Source: a virus. Taken from it: DNA of 64,000 nt. Position 1 is the first letter of the stretch. Each line of letters opens with the position of its first letter. Made by a program: the position numbers and the translations under genes. Shown here piece after piece: positions 1 to 6,592 of this stretch. Under the pieces are notes generated by a model, which made no database searches, was not told the origin of the DNA, and saw nothing but the letters and a program-made list of their open reading frames with translations. The stretch is from the IMG/VR virus record IMGVR_UViG_3300045988_061855. One strand, 5' to 3'.

Positions 1-124
1 AGATTATCCATGCGAAGCAACTATGCATAGATGGCTTAATGAATTCCACTGAAGTTGTTTTTACTGATTCTCAAGTTTAACCTAGAATAGACTTGCCGGC
101 AATAATAATCAAGGAGATGATATT

Positions 125-538
125 ATGGCAACAAAGATACGACCAGTATTATCAGAGAAAAACAAATATTACATAGACAAGCATAGATACTACGAACTTA
201 AGCATTTTTGTTTGCAATACGATGATTGGAAGAAGGCTTATTCTATATTAGACGGATACGATTCTTATCAAGTTGGACTTGGCGTTAAATCATCAGGAGT
301 TAGTGATCGCACGGCTGATTATGGAATGGCTAGGGCTTATTATTCTAATAGGATTGATATGATTGAAAGAGTTGCAAGATTAACTGATTTGGAACTATCT
401 TTCTATATTTTACAGGGAGTTACTGAAGGATATTCATACGATATTCTTAAAGCTAGGTTTGATATACCGTGTTGTAAAGATACATATTATGAACTGTATC
501 GGCGATTCTTTTGGCTGCTGGATATTGAGAGAGGGTAA
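125..538 (+). CDS. hypothetical protein; possible RinA/ArpU-type transcription activator with a sigma region-4-like HTH (tentative)
   Basis: 137-aa ORF with AAGGAG upstream of the ATG. The C-terminal LSFYILQGVTEGYSYDILKARFDI...YYELYRRFF looks like a late-activator HTH. This is pattern memory only. Confidence 0.5.
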   Translation: MATKIRPVLSEKNKYYIDKHRYYELKHFCLQYDDWKKAYSILDGYDSYQVGLGVKSSGVSDRTADYGMARAYYSNRIDMIERVARLTDLELSFYILQGVTEGYSYDILKARFDIPCCKDTYYELYRRFFWLLDIERG

Positions 539-651
539 GTTCACAGGACTATTTCTCTTTAATCTAGGTTACAATTATATCTATATTTGTGGTTGAATAC
601 CTAGCAGACAATTGTTATACTATTTATATAATTTTAAGGAGGAACAAACAC

Positions 652-1107
652 ATGAAAAAAGTTATTCTAGGTTTATTAACTGCGGCAACAGCTGTAAGTA
701 TTGTAGGTTGTGGCGGTACGTCATCTGATAGCGCTCAGGCAAATAATAGTAATATTGAAAGTACCGAAAACATTGAGGAGAGTGCTTCATGGAAGACATA
801 TGATGGACCATCAGCCACTAAAGAAGAATGGGAGTCAGATTCGTTTCTAACTGAGTTACCTTATCCAGAAATGGACAATATTAACATTCATTATGAGAGT
901 TCAACTTGGACAGACATTTTTATATATGAGACAACATCAAGTCAGTTTAAGACTTATGGTAATAAATGCAAATCAGCAGGATTTACTACGGATTTAACAT
1001 TTGACAGTTCTTTCTTTATGGCTAAAAAAGGTGACTCAGAATTAACTATGTCGCGTAATCCAGATAATGGAATTATAGAAATTTCATATACATATCCTGA
1101 AAAGTAA
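652..1107 (+). CDS. secreted lipoprotein
   Basis: Internal ATG at 652 is preceded by AAGGAGG. MKKVILGLLTAATAVSIVGCGG is a signal peptide with a lipobox Cys. The 21 upstream codons of the track ORF were discarded. Confidence 0.8.
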   Translation: MKKVILGLLTAATAVSIVGCGGTSSDSAQANNSNIESTENIEESASWKTYDGPSATKEEWESDSFLTELPYPEMDNINIHYESSTWTDIFIYETTSSQFKTYGNKCKSAGFTTDLTFDSSFFMAKKGDSELTMSRNPDNGIIEISYTYPEK

Positions 1108-1110
1108 TAT

Positions 1111-1154
1111 ATAAAGAAAAAGAGGGCGCACCAGATAAAACTGATGTACCCTCT
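1111..1154 (-). terminator. hairpin plus T-run terminator for the minus-strand gene (possibly bidirectional)
   Basis: AGAGGG (1121-1126) pairs with CCCTCT (1149-1154). On the minus strand the hairpin is followed by a TTTTCTTT run. Confidence 0.4.
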
Positions 1155-1162
1155 AAGCTAGA

Positions 1163-1339
1163 TTAGAGACCAACCATTCCCATTATGCCATTCATTTTAT
1201 CAAGAGAAGACTTCCTTTCTCGGATAGCTCTTTCTAAGGACATTTTTGAATAAGATGTACCCTCAAGCTCTTCAATAGTCCATTCATCCCCTAAGTTTGA
1301 CATTTCGTCAATAAATATTTCATATTCTTCTTTTTTCAT
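1163..1339 (-). CDS. hypothetical protein (58 aa); the only minus-strand gene
   Basis: Read by hand and absent from the track (<60 aa). AAGGAGG lies 8 nt upstream of the ATG (1339..1337). Translation is MKKEEYEIFIDEMSNLGDEWTIEELEG..., with TAA at 1165..1163. Confidence 0.6.
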   Translation of the reverse strand: MKKEEYEIFIDEMSNLGDEWTIEELEGTSYSKMSLERAIRERKSSLDKMNGIMGMVGL

Positions 1340-1435
1340 AATTGAAATACCTCCTTAAATTTTTCGTCTATATTATACTACGATATATGGCTGTGAGTAA
1401 ATGAACAGAATATTAACAAATTGTAAATTCGCATT

Positions 1436-1462
1436 AAAAACATGCCCTTTAATGGGAGAAAG
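1436..1462 (+). promoter_or_regulatory. conserved early-region element, copy A
   Basis: aaaaacatgccctttaatgggagaaag. Confidence 0.5.
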
Positions 1463-1487
1463 AATAAAAGAAGCTTTCTCTTTTTTT
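1456..1487 (+). terminator. hairpin plus T7 run immediately after element A
   Basis: GAGAAAG (1456-1462) pairs with CTTTCTC (1474-1480), followed by TTTTTTT. Confidence 0.45.
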
Positions 1488-1562
1488 ATTTTCAGTACGA
1501 AGGTGACAGTAATATGTCTTATATTCGCATTGATGAAAGTTGAATAGAAAGGAGAGTTCAAA

Positions 1563-1799
1563 ATGGAAATGGCAGTTATATTAGCATTTATTCTTGGAGC
1601 TGCAATTGGTGTAGTTATGTCTGTTGTATTGGATAAAATCAGATGCAGTAATAGAGATGCGTACGGAATTTTCAAGATTAGACCCGTATCTGATGAAGAT
1701 GGCGACACCGGTTTATATTCAGTAAATGTTGCTATTGTACCTAACCAAGATTTGCTTAATAAGAAACGGATAATTCTGGTCAAGGATTCGCACAATTAA
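1563..1799 (+). CDS. small membrane protein
   Basis: 78 aa with an AAAGGAGAG RBS. The N-terminal TM is MEMAVILAFILGAAIGVVMSVVL. The FILGAA.G N-terminus is shared with ORF 9424..9957. Confidence 0.7.
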   Translation: MEMAVILAFILGAAIGVVMSVVLDKIRCSNRDAYGIFKIRPVSDEDGDTGLYSVNVAIVPNQDLLNKKRIILVKDSHN

Positions 1800-1839
1800 C
1801 AATTACTTTAATGACTATAAAATAAAGGAGGTCAATTCA

Positions 1840-2229
1840 ATGAACACAAGAAGTGTATTGGAAGATGAGATTGGACGAATCTCAGCAAAATTGAATGAAA
1901 TGGAGCCAGGTACCGAAGAGTATGAAAAGTTATCGAACCTACTCCACAAGTACATCGATAGGCGTACAGAACTTGAAAAAGCAGATTATGATGCTGACGA
2001 GAAAGCTCTTGCCAGGGAAGAGGGTAATGAGCTTAAGACTCAGCAACTTAATGAGGCTAAGAAAGATCGTATTACTAAAGTGGCTATGTGGGCTGTAGGT
2101 GGCATATCTGGAGGAGTTGTAAGTATTTGGGCTGCTCTTAAAGCGTTTAAATTTGATGGAGACGGACGAATATTCTCATCTACATTTGGACGAGACAGTG
2201 TTAAGAACTTGATTAAATTTAAGAAGTAG
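1840..2229 (+). CDS. coiled-coil protein with C-terminal TM anchor
   Basis: 129 aa with an AAAGGAGG RBS. It has a charged helical N-half and the TM segment VAMWAVGGISGGVVSIWAAL. Confidence 0.75.
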   Translation: MNTRSVLEDEIGRISAKLNEMEPGTEEYEKLSNLLHKYIDRRTELEKADYDADEKALAREEGNELKTQQLNEAKKDRITKVAMWAVGGISGGVVSIWAALKAFKFDGDGRIFSSTFGRDSVKNLIKFKK

Positions 2230-2242
2230 TTACATTTTAGGA

Positions 2243-2273
2243 GGCGCTAAGGAAACTTAGTGTCTTCTTTTTT
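2243..2273 (+). terminator. rho-independent terminator
   Basis: GGCGCTAAG-gaaa-CTTAGTGTC stem (with G-U pairs), then TTCTTTTTT. Confidence 0.6.
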
Positions 2274-2278
2274 CGTTT

Positions 2279-2309
2279 GAAAAACATATGCCTTTATGAA
2301 AGGAGAGTG
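2279..2309 (+). promoter_or_regulatory. conserved early-region element, copy B
   Basis: gaaaaacatatgcctttatgaaaggagagtg. CCTTT pairs with the SD AAAGG across a 3-nt loop. Confidence 0.5.
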
Positions 2310-2317
2310 ATATTTTT

Positions 2318-2536
2318 ATGACAATTATTCAATTAGATAAAAGTTTAGAAACAATACAATCACTGGATATAAACAAGTATAATAAAATATACTTCTTAAC
2401 TTTAGTGGAGTCTAAAACAAGGAGTGGTACAGATAATTACGTGTTTAGGTCCAAGCGATTAGATTATTTGATGTTTAATGAGCTTGAATCTTATTTGAAT
2501 AATCCAGAATACATTCTGGTAAGAATCGAAAAGTGA
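2318..2536 (+). CDS. hypothetical protein
   Basis: 72 aa; the RBS is embedded in element B. Confidence 0.65.
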   Translation: MTIIQLDKSLETIQSLDINKYNKIYFLTLVESKTRSGTDNYVFRSKRLDYLMFNELESYLNNPEYILVRIEK

Positions 2537-2553
2537 TTAAAAAATCAGAGACT

Positions 2554-2579
2554 GAGTCCTAACAAGGGCTCTTTCTTTT
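2554..2579 (+). terminator. rho-independent terminator (GAGTCCT-aaca-AGGGCTC family)
   Basis: Hairpin plus TTTCTTTT. The same hairpin recurs at 18258, 25914 and 30696. Confidence 0.7.
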
Positions 2580-2597
2580 AACTTAGGTGGTGAGCTG

Positions 2598-2957
2598 ATG
2601 AGATATCATTTTGATAAACCAGATATATATTATTCGTTATATGGGAAAAGATACATCTGTAATCATCCAGTATATAACGAATGTACATTATATAAGATTG
2701 ACGATAAAGGGTTAGCAGTTATACAGCAGCGGTATAATCCTGAAACGAAACATACATGGTGGACAGCTATAGACCCTTGGCTTACTGACCCGATATATTT
2801 GGATATTGGTTTTAAAAATCTATTTGATGCTCGTGCCGGGAAGTGTACGGACGGATTATATCCAACGATAACTGTAAGACAGCTCATGTGGGCACTCAAA
2901 ATGAAACCGATTCCAAGAGAGCGTTGGGAAACGTGCTTTGATAAACGAGATATTTAG
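2598..2957 (+). CDS. hypothetical protein
   Basis: 119 aa with an AGGTGGTGAG RBS. Confidence 0.7.
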   Translation: MRYHFDKPDIYYSLYGKRYICNHPVYNECTLYKIDDKGLAVIQQRYNPETKHTWWTAIDPWLTDPIYLDIGFKNLFDARAGKCTDGLYPTITVRQLMWALKMKPIPRERWETCFDKRDI

Positions 2958-2960
2958 CGT

Positions 2961-2987
2961 CATTTACATGTACTTTAATGAGATACA
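2961..2987 (+). promoter_or_regulatory. conserved early-region element, copy C
   Basis: catttacatgtactttaatgagataca. Confidence 0.45.
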
Positions 2988-3005
2988 TATAAGGAGGATA
3001 CTAAT

Positions 3006-3182
3006 ATGACTTGGAAGACTATTGAAGCAGCTAGGGAGATTAGACAATGGACGACTCAGATAGTAATACCGACAGTTGCAGTTGGTGTAGCTATTGCAGT
3101 TACTCCAGAGTTAAGAGAACCAGTTGTTGATACTTATAGGACAGTAAAAGAAAAAATTAAATCAAAGATATGTAGAAAGTAA
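3006..3182 (+). CDS. small membrane protein (58 aa)
   Basis: Hand-read: AAGGAGG RBS, MTWKTIEAAREIRQWTTQIVIPTVAVGVAIAVTPEL..., TAA at 3180. Confidence 0.6.
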   Translation: MTWKTIEAAREIRQWTTQIVIPTVAVGVAIAVTPELREPVVDTYRTVKEKIKSKICRK

Positions 3183-3188
3183 AGCAAA

Positions 3189-3223
3189 GGGCTTGAGTCT
3201 TAGGACTTGGGCTCTTTCTTTTT
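3189..3223 (+). terminator. rho-independent terminator (GGGCTTGAGTC-ttag-GACTTGGGCTC family)
   Basis: 11-bp stem with wobbles plus TTTCTTTTT. A near-identical ~40-nt copy occurs at 3749 and 28179. Confidence 0.7.
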
Positions 3224-3226
3224 CGT

Positions 3227-3256
3227 GTAAGAAACATGTTCCTTTATGAGAAAGTG
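3227..3256 (+). promoter_or_regulatory. conserved early-region element, copy D
   Basis: gtaagaaacatgttcctttatgagaaagtg. Confidence 0.5.
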
Positions 3257-3281
3257 ATGAAACATTAAGGAGGATTTCAAA

Positions 3282-3497
3282 ATGGAAAAAGAACAGAGAA
3301 CACAGAAGATTGACGAATTCTTGGAGAAATTTGATGAAATGATTAAGGCTGCTAATGCCATCGAAGATTTTAAATTTGAGATAGGTGTTACAATTCATAG
3401 TCGTGACAGCATGGTTTCTGATAGAGTACGGACAATTAACGGTATCAATGAAATATTTTCAAAGAATGATATGAAATGGTCATCATCAAATGCTTAA
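3282..3497 (+). CDS. hypothetical protein
   Basis: 71 aa with a TAAGGAGG RBS. Confidence 0.7.
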   Translation: MEKEQRTQKIDEFLEKFDEMIKAANAIEDFKFEIGVTIHSRDSMVSDRVRTINGINEIFSKNDMKWSSSNA

Positions 3498-3501
3498 GGT
3501 T

Positions 3502-3526
3502 GAGCCCGCAAGGGCTTTTCCTTTTT
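3502..3526 (+). terminator. rho-independent terminator
   Basis: GAGCCC-gcaa-GGGCTT plus TTCCTTTTT. Confidence 0.6.
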
Positions 3527-3530
3527 CGCA

Positions 3531-3560
3531 CGATATACAATCCCTTTAATGACTGAAAGT
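3531..3560 (+). promoter_or_regulatory. conserved early-region element, copy E
   Basis: cgatatacaatccctttaatgactgaaagt. Confidence 0.45.
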
Positions 3561-3575
3561 AATAAGGAGGTTGAA

Positions 3576-3740
3576 ATGATACTATTAATTATTTTGATAC
3601 TTATCGTTTTTATACTAACTACGGTTGTAGTGCTTAGTGTAAGTGCAATAGGCAGTGCAGCTATACTTATATTTGGGGACGTTATAGTATGTATTGGTTT
3701 TTTGGTATGGCTAATCAAAAAACTTGTTACTAAGGATTGA
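3576..3740 (+). CDS. very hydrophobic small membrane protein (54 aa)
   Basis: ATG at 3576 follows AAGGAGG. Translation is MILLIILILIVFILTTVVVLSVSAIGSAAILIFGDVIVCIGFLVWLI. Confidence 0.65.
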   Translation: MILLIILILIVFILTTVVVLSVSAIGSAAILIFGDVIVCIGFLVWLIKKLVTKD

Positions 3741-3748
3741 TGAAAGAA

Positions 3749-3783
3749 GGGCTTGAGTCTTAGGACTTGGGCTCTTTCTTTTT
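3749..3783 (+). terminator. rho-independent terminator (repeat of 3189..3223)
   Basis: Identical hairpin and T-run. Confidence 0.7.
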
Positions 3784-3787
3784 ATCC

Positions 3788-3815
3788 GCGTAAAAAACAA
3801 TTTATCTAATGAGAG
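3788..3815 (+). promoter_or_regulatory. conserved early-region element, copy F, abutting the tRNA-like gene
   Basis: gcgtaaaaaacaatttatctaatgagag. The tRNA acceptor stem starts at 3815. Confidence 0.5.
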
Positions 3816-3885
3816 AATAGGTAGCTCAGGTGGTAGAGCAGCAGATTTATTCTGCGGGCCATGGGTTCGAGTCCCATTCTATTCT
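3815..3885 (+). tRNA. tRNA-like gene with an aberrant anticodon arm (anticodon UUA if the loop is 7 nt)
   Basis: The acceptor stem GAATAGG/TCTATTC has 7 bp with one G-U. The D arm is GCTC-AGGTGGTA-GAGC and the T arm is ATGGG-TTCGAGT-CCCAT. The anticodon region GCAGATTTATTCTGC folds either as 5 bp plus a 5-nt loop or as 4 bp plus the loop ATTTATT. The gene is 71 nt with no encoded CCA. Confidence 0.6.
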
Positions 3886-3920
3886 CTTTTTTATTTTTTA
3901 TAATAAGGAGGATTTATAGC

Positions 3921-4697
3921 ATGAAGTCACATTACCGATGGAAATGCAAAACTGCTACTGTACTAACATTTATTGGTGCAGCTGGTGTAGTAGCAACAGC
4001 TGTAACAACAGCTAAACAGACACCTAAAGCTTTAAGATTGCTTAAGGAAGCTAGTGATGAGAAAGGAGAGGAACTTACATTTGCAGAAAAGGCAACAGCT
4101 ATGTTACCTGCATATTTGCCAGCCATAGTGACAGGCTCAGCGACTATTTTATGTATATTTGGCGCAAATATATTAAATAAAAGGAGCCAGGCAAGTTTAG
4201 TAAGTGCGTATGGATTATTAGACCAGAGATTCAAAGATTATAAGAGAAAACTTATTGAATTATACGGACAGGATGCTCATGAAAAGATAATCACTGAACT
4301 TGCAGCTGAGAAAGCAGAAAACCGATATATTTCTAGTTCATATCTCGGATGCAAATCTTGTGCATTATATTTAGACGAAAACGTTGGTAAGCCTGTATTA
4401 TTTTATGAACCGGTATCTGATAGGTATTTTGAAGCTACTGTTGAGCAGGTCATGAACGCTGAATATCATCTTAATAGGAACTTTGCTCTGGCTGGTGCAG
4501 CTTTGCTTAATGAGTTTTATGATTTTATTGGAATAGAAGAACGACCGGAATTAGATGAAATGGGATGGGCTCCAACTGATGAGGGCGAATTCTGGATTGA
4601 ATTCAATCACGTTCCAAAGGACCTTCCAGATGGCAGGAGATGCTACATAATCGACATGCCATTTGAACCAAGGGTTAATTTCGACGATTATGATTGA
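3921..4697 (+). CDS. two-TM membrane protein, paralog 1 of 3 (DUF6353-like, from memory)
   Basis: ATG at 3921 follows AAGGAGG, so the track start at 3861 overlaps the tRNA and was rejected. It shares TM1-TPKALRLL, TM2-KR..A...AY and a C-terminal MGW block with 5188..5958 and 7760..8725. Confidence 0.75.
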   Translation: MKSHYRWKCKTATVLTFIGAAGVVATAVTTAKQTPKALRLLKEASDEKGEELTFAEKATAMLPAYLPAIVTGSATILCIFGANILNKRSQASLVSAYGLLDQRFKDYKRKLIELYGQDAHEKIITELAAEKAENRYISSSYLGCKSCALYLDENVGKPVLFYEPVSDRYFEATVEQVMNAEYHLNRNFALAGAALLNEFYDFIGIEERPELDEMGWAPTDEGEFWIEFNHVPKDLPDGRRCYIIDMPFEPRVNFDDYD

Positions 4698-4742
4698 TTG
4701 TCGTGTCAAATACTTAGCCTATTATGGAAAGGAGGATTAATC

Positions 4743-4901
4743 ATGAAAGATAAGTTTGATTTTAAAACTCTTATAATACCAGCTGCTATGGGAATTATGA
4801 CATTTATCACAGCAGTTGTAGACAGTAAGAGAAGTAAGAAAATCGATGAGCTTAGCGAAAAGATTGATAAGCTCGAATCTAAGGACGAAGAGGTTGCCTA
4901 A
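4743..4901 (+). CDS. small membrane protein (52 aa)
   Basis: AAAGGAGG RBS; TM segment LIIPAAMGIMTFITAVV followed by a charged helix. Confidence 0.65.
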   Translation: MKDKFDFKTLIIPAAMGIMTFITAVVDSKRSKKIDELSEKIDKLESKDEEVA

Positions 4902-4921
4902 CGGCGCCTCTTTTCTTTTTT
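4890..4921 (+). terminator. rho-independent terminator
   Basis: GAGGTTGCC-taac-GGCGCCTC plus TTTTCTTTTTTT. Confidence 0.65.
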
Positions 4922-4964
4922 TATGTAACACTAAAATATTTAATATCAAAAAGGAGAATTTACT

Positions 4965-5198
4965 ATGAACAACATTATTACAAACCCAACACAGAAAGAA
5001 TTTAATGAGGCAATGGACATCGTTAAGGATTATTTAAGAATTAATAAAATTCAGTTTATTGCTTTTGATGCGGAGAAGAATGCCATAGTAGCCGCAATTG
5101 GATTTGAAGATGCTATGAATAATAAGAAAGAAATATTTGGTGACAGGTATGTCAGCATGTTTGATAAGAAGTTAGAGGAGAAAAAGAATGAGAACTAA
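4965..5198 (+). CDS. hypothetical protein
   Basis: 77 aa with an AAAGGAG RBS. Confidence 0.7.
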   Translation: MNNIITNPTQKEFNEAMDIVKDYLRINKIQFIAFDAEKNAIVAAIGFEDAMNNKKEIFGDRYVSMFDKKLEEKKNEN

Positions 5199-5958
5199 TT
5201 TAGAAAAGATATTCAGACCCATAGCAAAACAGGTGTCAAAATATGGTCCTGAAATTGCTGTGGGTGTAGGTATTGCAGGAATGATTACGACAACTATTCT
5301 TGCTGTCAAAGCAACACCAAAAGCTTTGAAGTTAATAGATGAAGCTAAGAAAGAAGAAGCAGTTGAACTCAAACCTACAGAAGTTGTCAAGGTTGCATGG
5401 AAACCATATATTCCAGTGATGATTTCAGGAGCATTATCCATAGGTTGCATAGTTGGAGCGAGCACAGTTCATGTAAAAAGAAACGCTGCTCTTGCTACGG
5501 CATATCAGTTGGCGGCTAACACACTCAGTGACTATAAAGAGAAAGTTATAGAGACCATCGGTGAAGAAAAAGAAAAAGAAGTACAGAAGAAAGTAGATGC
5601 TAAGAAAGTAGAAAAAATTAGTTCTACTGAGCCATCTTTTGTACGTAAGGGAAAGCCTTTATGTATTGAACCGATATCTGGTCGTCCATTTGAAATGGAT
5701 TTGGAAGATGTCAAGGCCGCTATTAATAGACTCAATTATAGACTTACAGGTGGTATGGAAGAATGTATCTCTTTGTCAGAATGGTATGATGAGATTGGAT
5801 TAAAACATACCGATGTATCAGATTATATGGGTTGGAATATTTACAGTGACGGCTTAATTACAGTAACTGAAGTCCCAAGTTCAACAGATGATGGCGAATT
5901 ATGCTGGGTACTTGAGTATGCAGTATTACCACATTACAAGTATGAGAAAACGCGTTAA
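5188..5958 (+). CDS. two-TM membrane protein, paralog 2 of 3
   Basis: 256 aa. Contains KYGPEIAVGVGIAGMITTTILAVKATPKALKLIDEAKKE, a second TM, then AYQLAANTLSDYKEKV and MGWNIY. Confidence 0.8.
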   Translation: MRTNLEKIFRPIAKQVSKYGPEIAVGVGIAGMITTTILAVKATPKALKLIDEAKKEEAVELKPTEVVKVAWKPYIPVMISGALSIGCIVGASTVHVKRNAALATAYQLAANTLSDYKEKVIETIGEEKEKEVQKKVDAKKVEKISSTEPSFVRKGKPLCIEPISGRPFEMDLEDVKAAINRLNYRLTGGMEECISLSEWYDEIGLKHTDVSDYMGWNIYSDGLITVTEVPSSTDDGELCWVLEYAVLPHYKYEKTR

Positions 5959-5990
5959 AAACAACACCTTTAATGGATAAATACATATCC
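5951..5990 (+). promoter_or_regulatory. conserved early-region element, copy G
   Basis: cgcgttaaaaacaacacctttaatggataaatacatatcc, including a GGATA/TATCC hairpin. Confidence 0.45.
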
Positions 5991-6020
5991 AATTAATTAT
6001 ATTCTAGGAGGATTTATATT

Positions 6021-6314
6021 ATGTCAAACGAAGAAAAGAAAGTAATTGAAATGGAAGATACACAGGTATCAGAAGAAGCTACTGAAATCACAGCAGTTTC
6101 AGAGAGTAAAGGACAGAAAGTACGTAATTTTATTAAGAAAAACGGCAAGAAACTCGGAATTGGAGTTGGTGCAGGTTTAGGAATGATATTATGTTACGCT
6201 CTGGGAAAGAAATCTGGACATAGTGATTTGGAAGCTATGAATGATTATGTGGATGGCGATTACACGGTTCTTGATAACGATGACAGCAATGATGAAGCTG
6301 TAGAAGAAAATTGA
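6021..6314 (+). CDS. acidic protein with central TM
   Basis: 97 aa with an AGGAGG RBS; TM segment LGIGVGAGLGMILCYAL. Confidence 0.7.
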   Translation: MSNEEKKVIEMEDTQVSEEATEITAVSESKGQKVRNFIKKNGKKLGIGVGAGLGMILCYALGKKSGHSDLEAMNDYVDGDYTVLDNDDSNDEAVEEN

Positions 6315-6332
6315 ATATTTATTAAACCGAGA

Positions 6333-6368
6333 GGGAGATGCTCTTAACAGAGTGTCTTCCTTTTTTTT
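6333..6368 (+). terminator. rho-independent terminator
   Basis: GGGAGATGCTCT-taac-AGAGTGTCTTCC plus T8. Confidence 0.7.
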
Positions 6369-6388
6369 GGCTGAAAGGAGATATTAAT

Positions 6389-6580
6389 ATGCCAAGATAT
6401 GTCTATAACGGACCAATTATGTCGTTTAATGTTTGTATTGCTAGTAATTGGAAAGGAGAGACATACGCTCCTTCCGAGGCAAAAGCAAGAAACAATTTAG
6501 CTTATCAATTTAAAAAGCAGAATAACAGGATTGCAGGAACAAATATTTCTCTTCCTGGCAGATTGCTAGAAACATATTAA
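6389..6580 (+). CDS. hypothetical protein (63 aa)
   Basis: ATG at 6389 follows GAAAGGAG. The upstream part of the track ORF overlaps the terminator. Confidence 0.65.
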   Translation: MPRYVYNGPIMSFNVCIASNWKGETYAPSEAKARNNLAYQFKKQNNRIAGTNISLPGRLLETY

Positions 6581-6592
6581 AGGAGATATTCA

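Noticed and set aside
1373-1795. 140-aa minus-strand ORF
   Set aside because: It overlaps the + strand membrane-protein gene 1563..1799, element A and its hairpin. It has no RBS and a low-complexity translation.
2243-3815. Reading the regularly recurring hairpin and element units as a CRISPR array
   Set aside because: The repeat units are heterogeneous and their spacing is irregular (250-560 nt). The intervening sequences are ORFs with RBSs. No cas genes are present.
3815-3885. Genome-wide TAA stop-codon reassignment implied by a UUA anticodon
   Set aside because: TAA is the commonest stop codon of the well-supported genes here, and the long ORFs are uninterrupted under the standard code. 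The anticodon loop is also non-canonical, so a decoding role is doubtful.
3861-3920. N-terminal extension of ORF 3861..4697
   Set aside because: The extension overlaps the tRNA-like gene and its T-run. A canonical AAGGAGG plus ATG is present at 3921.
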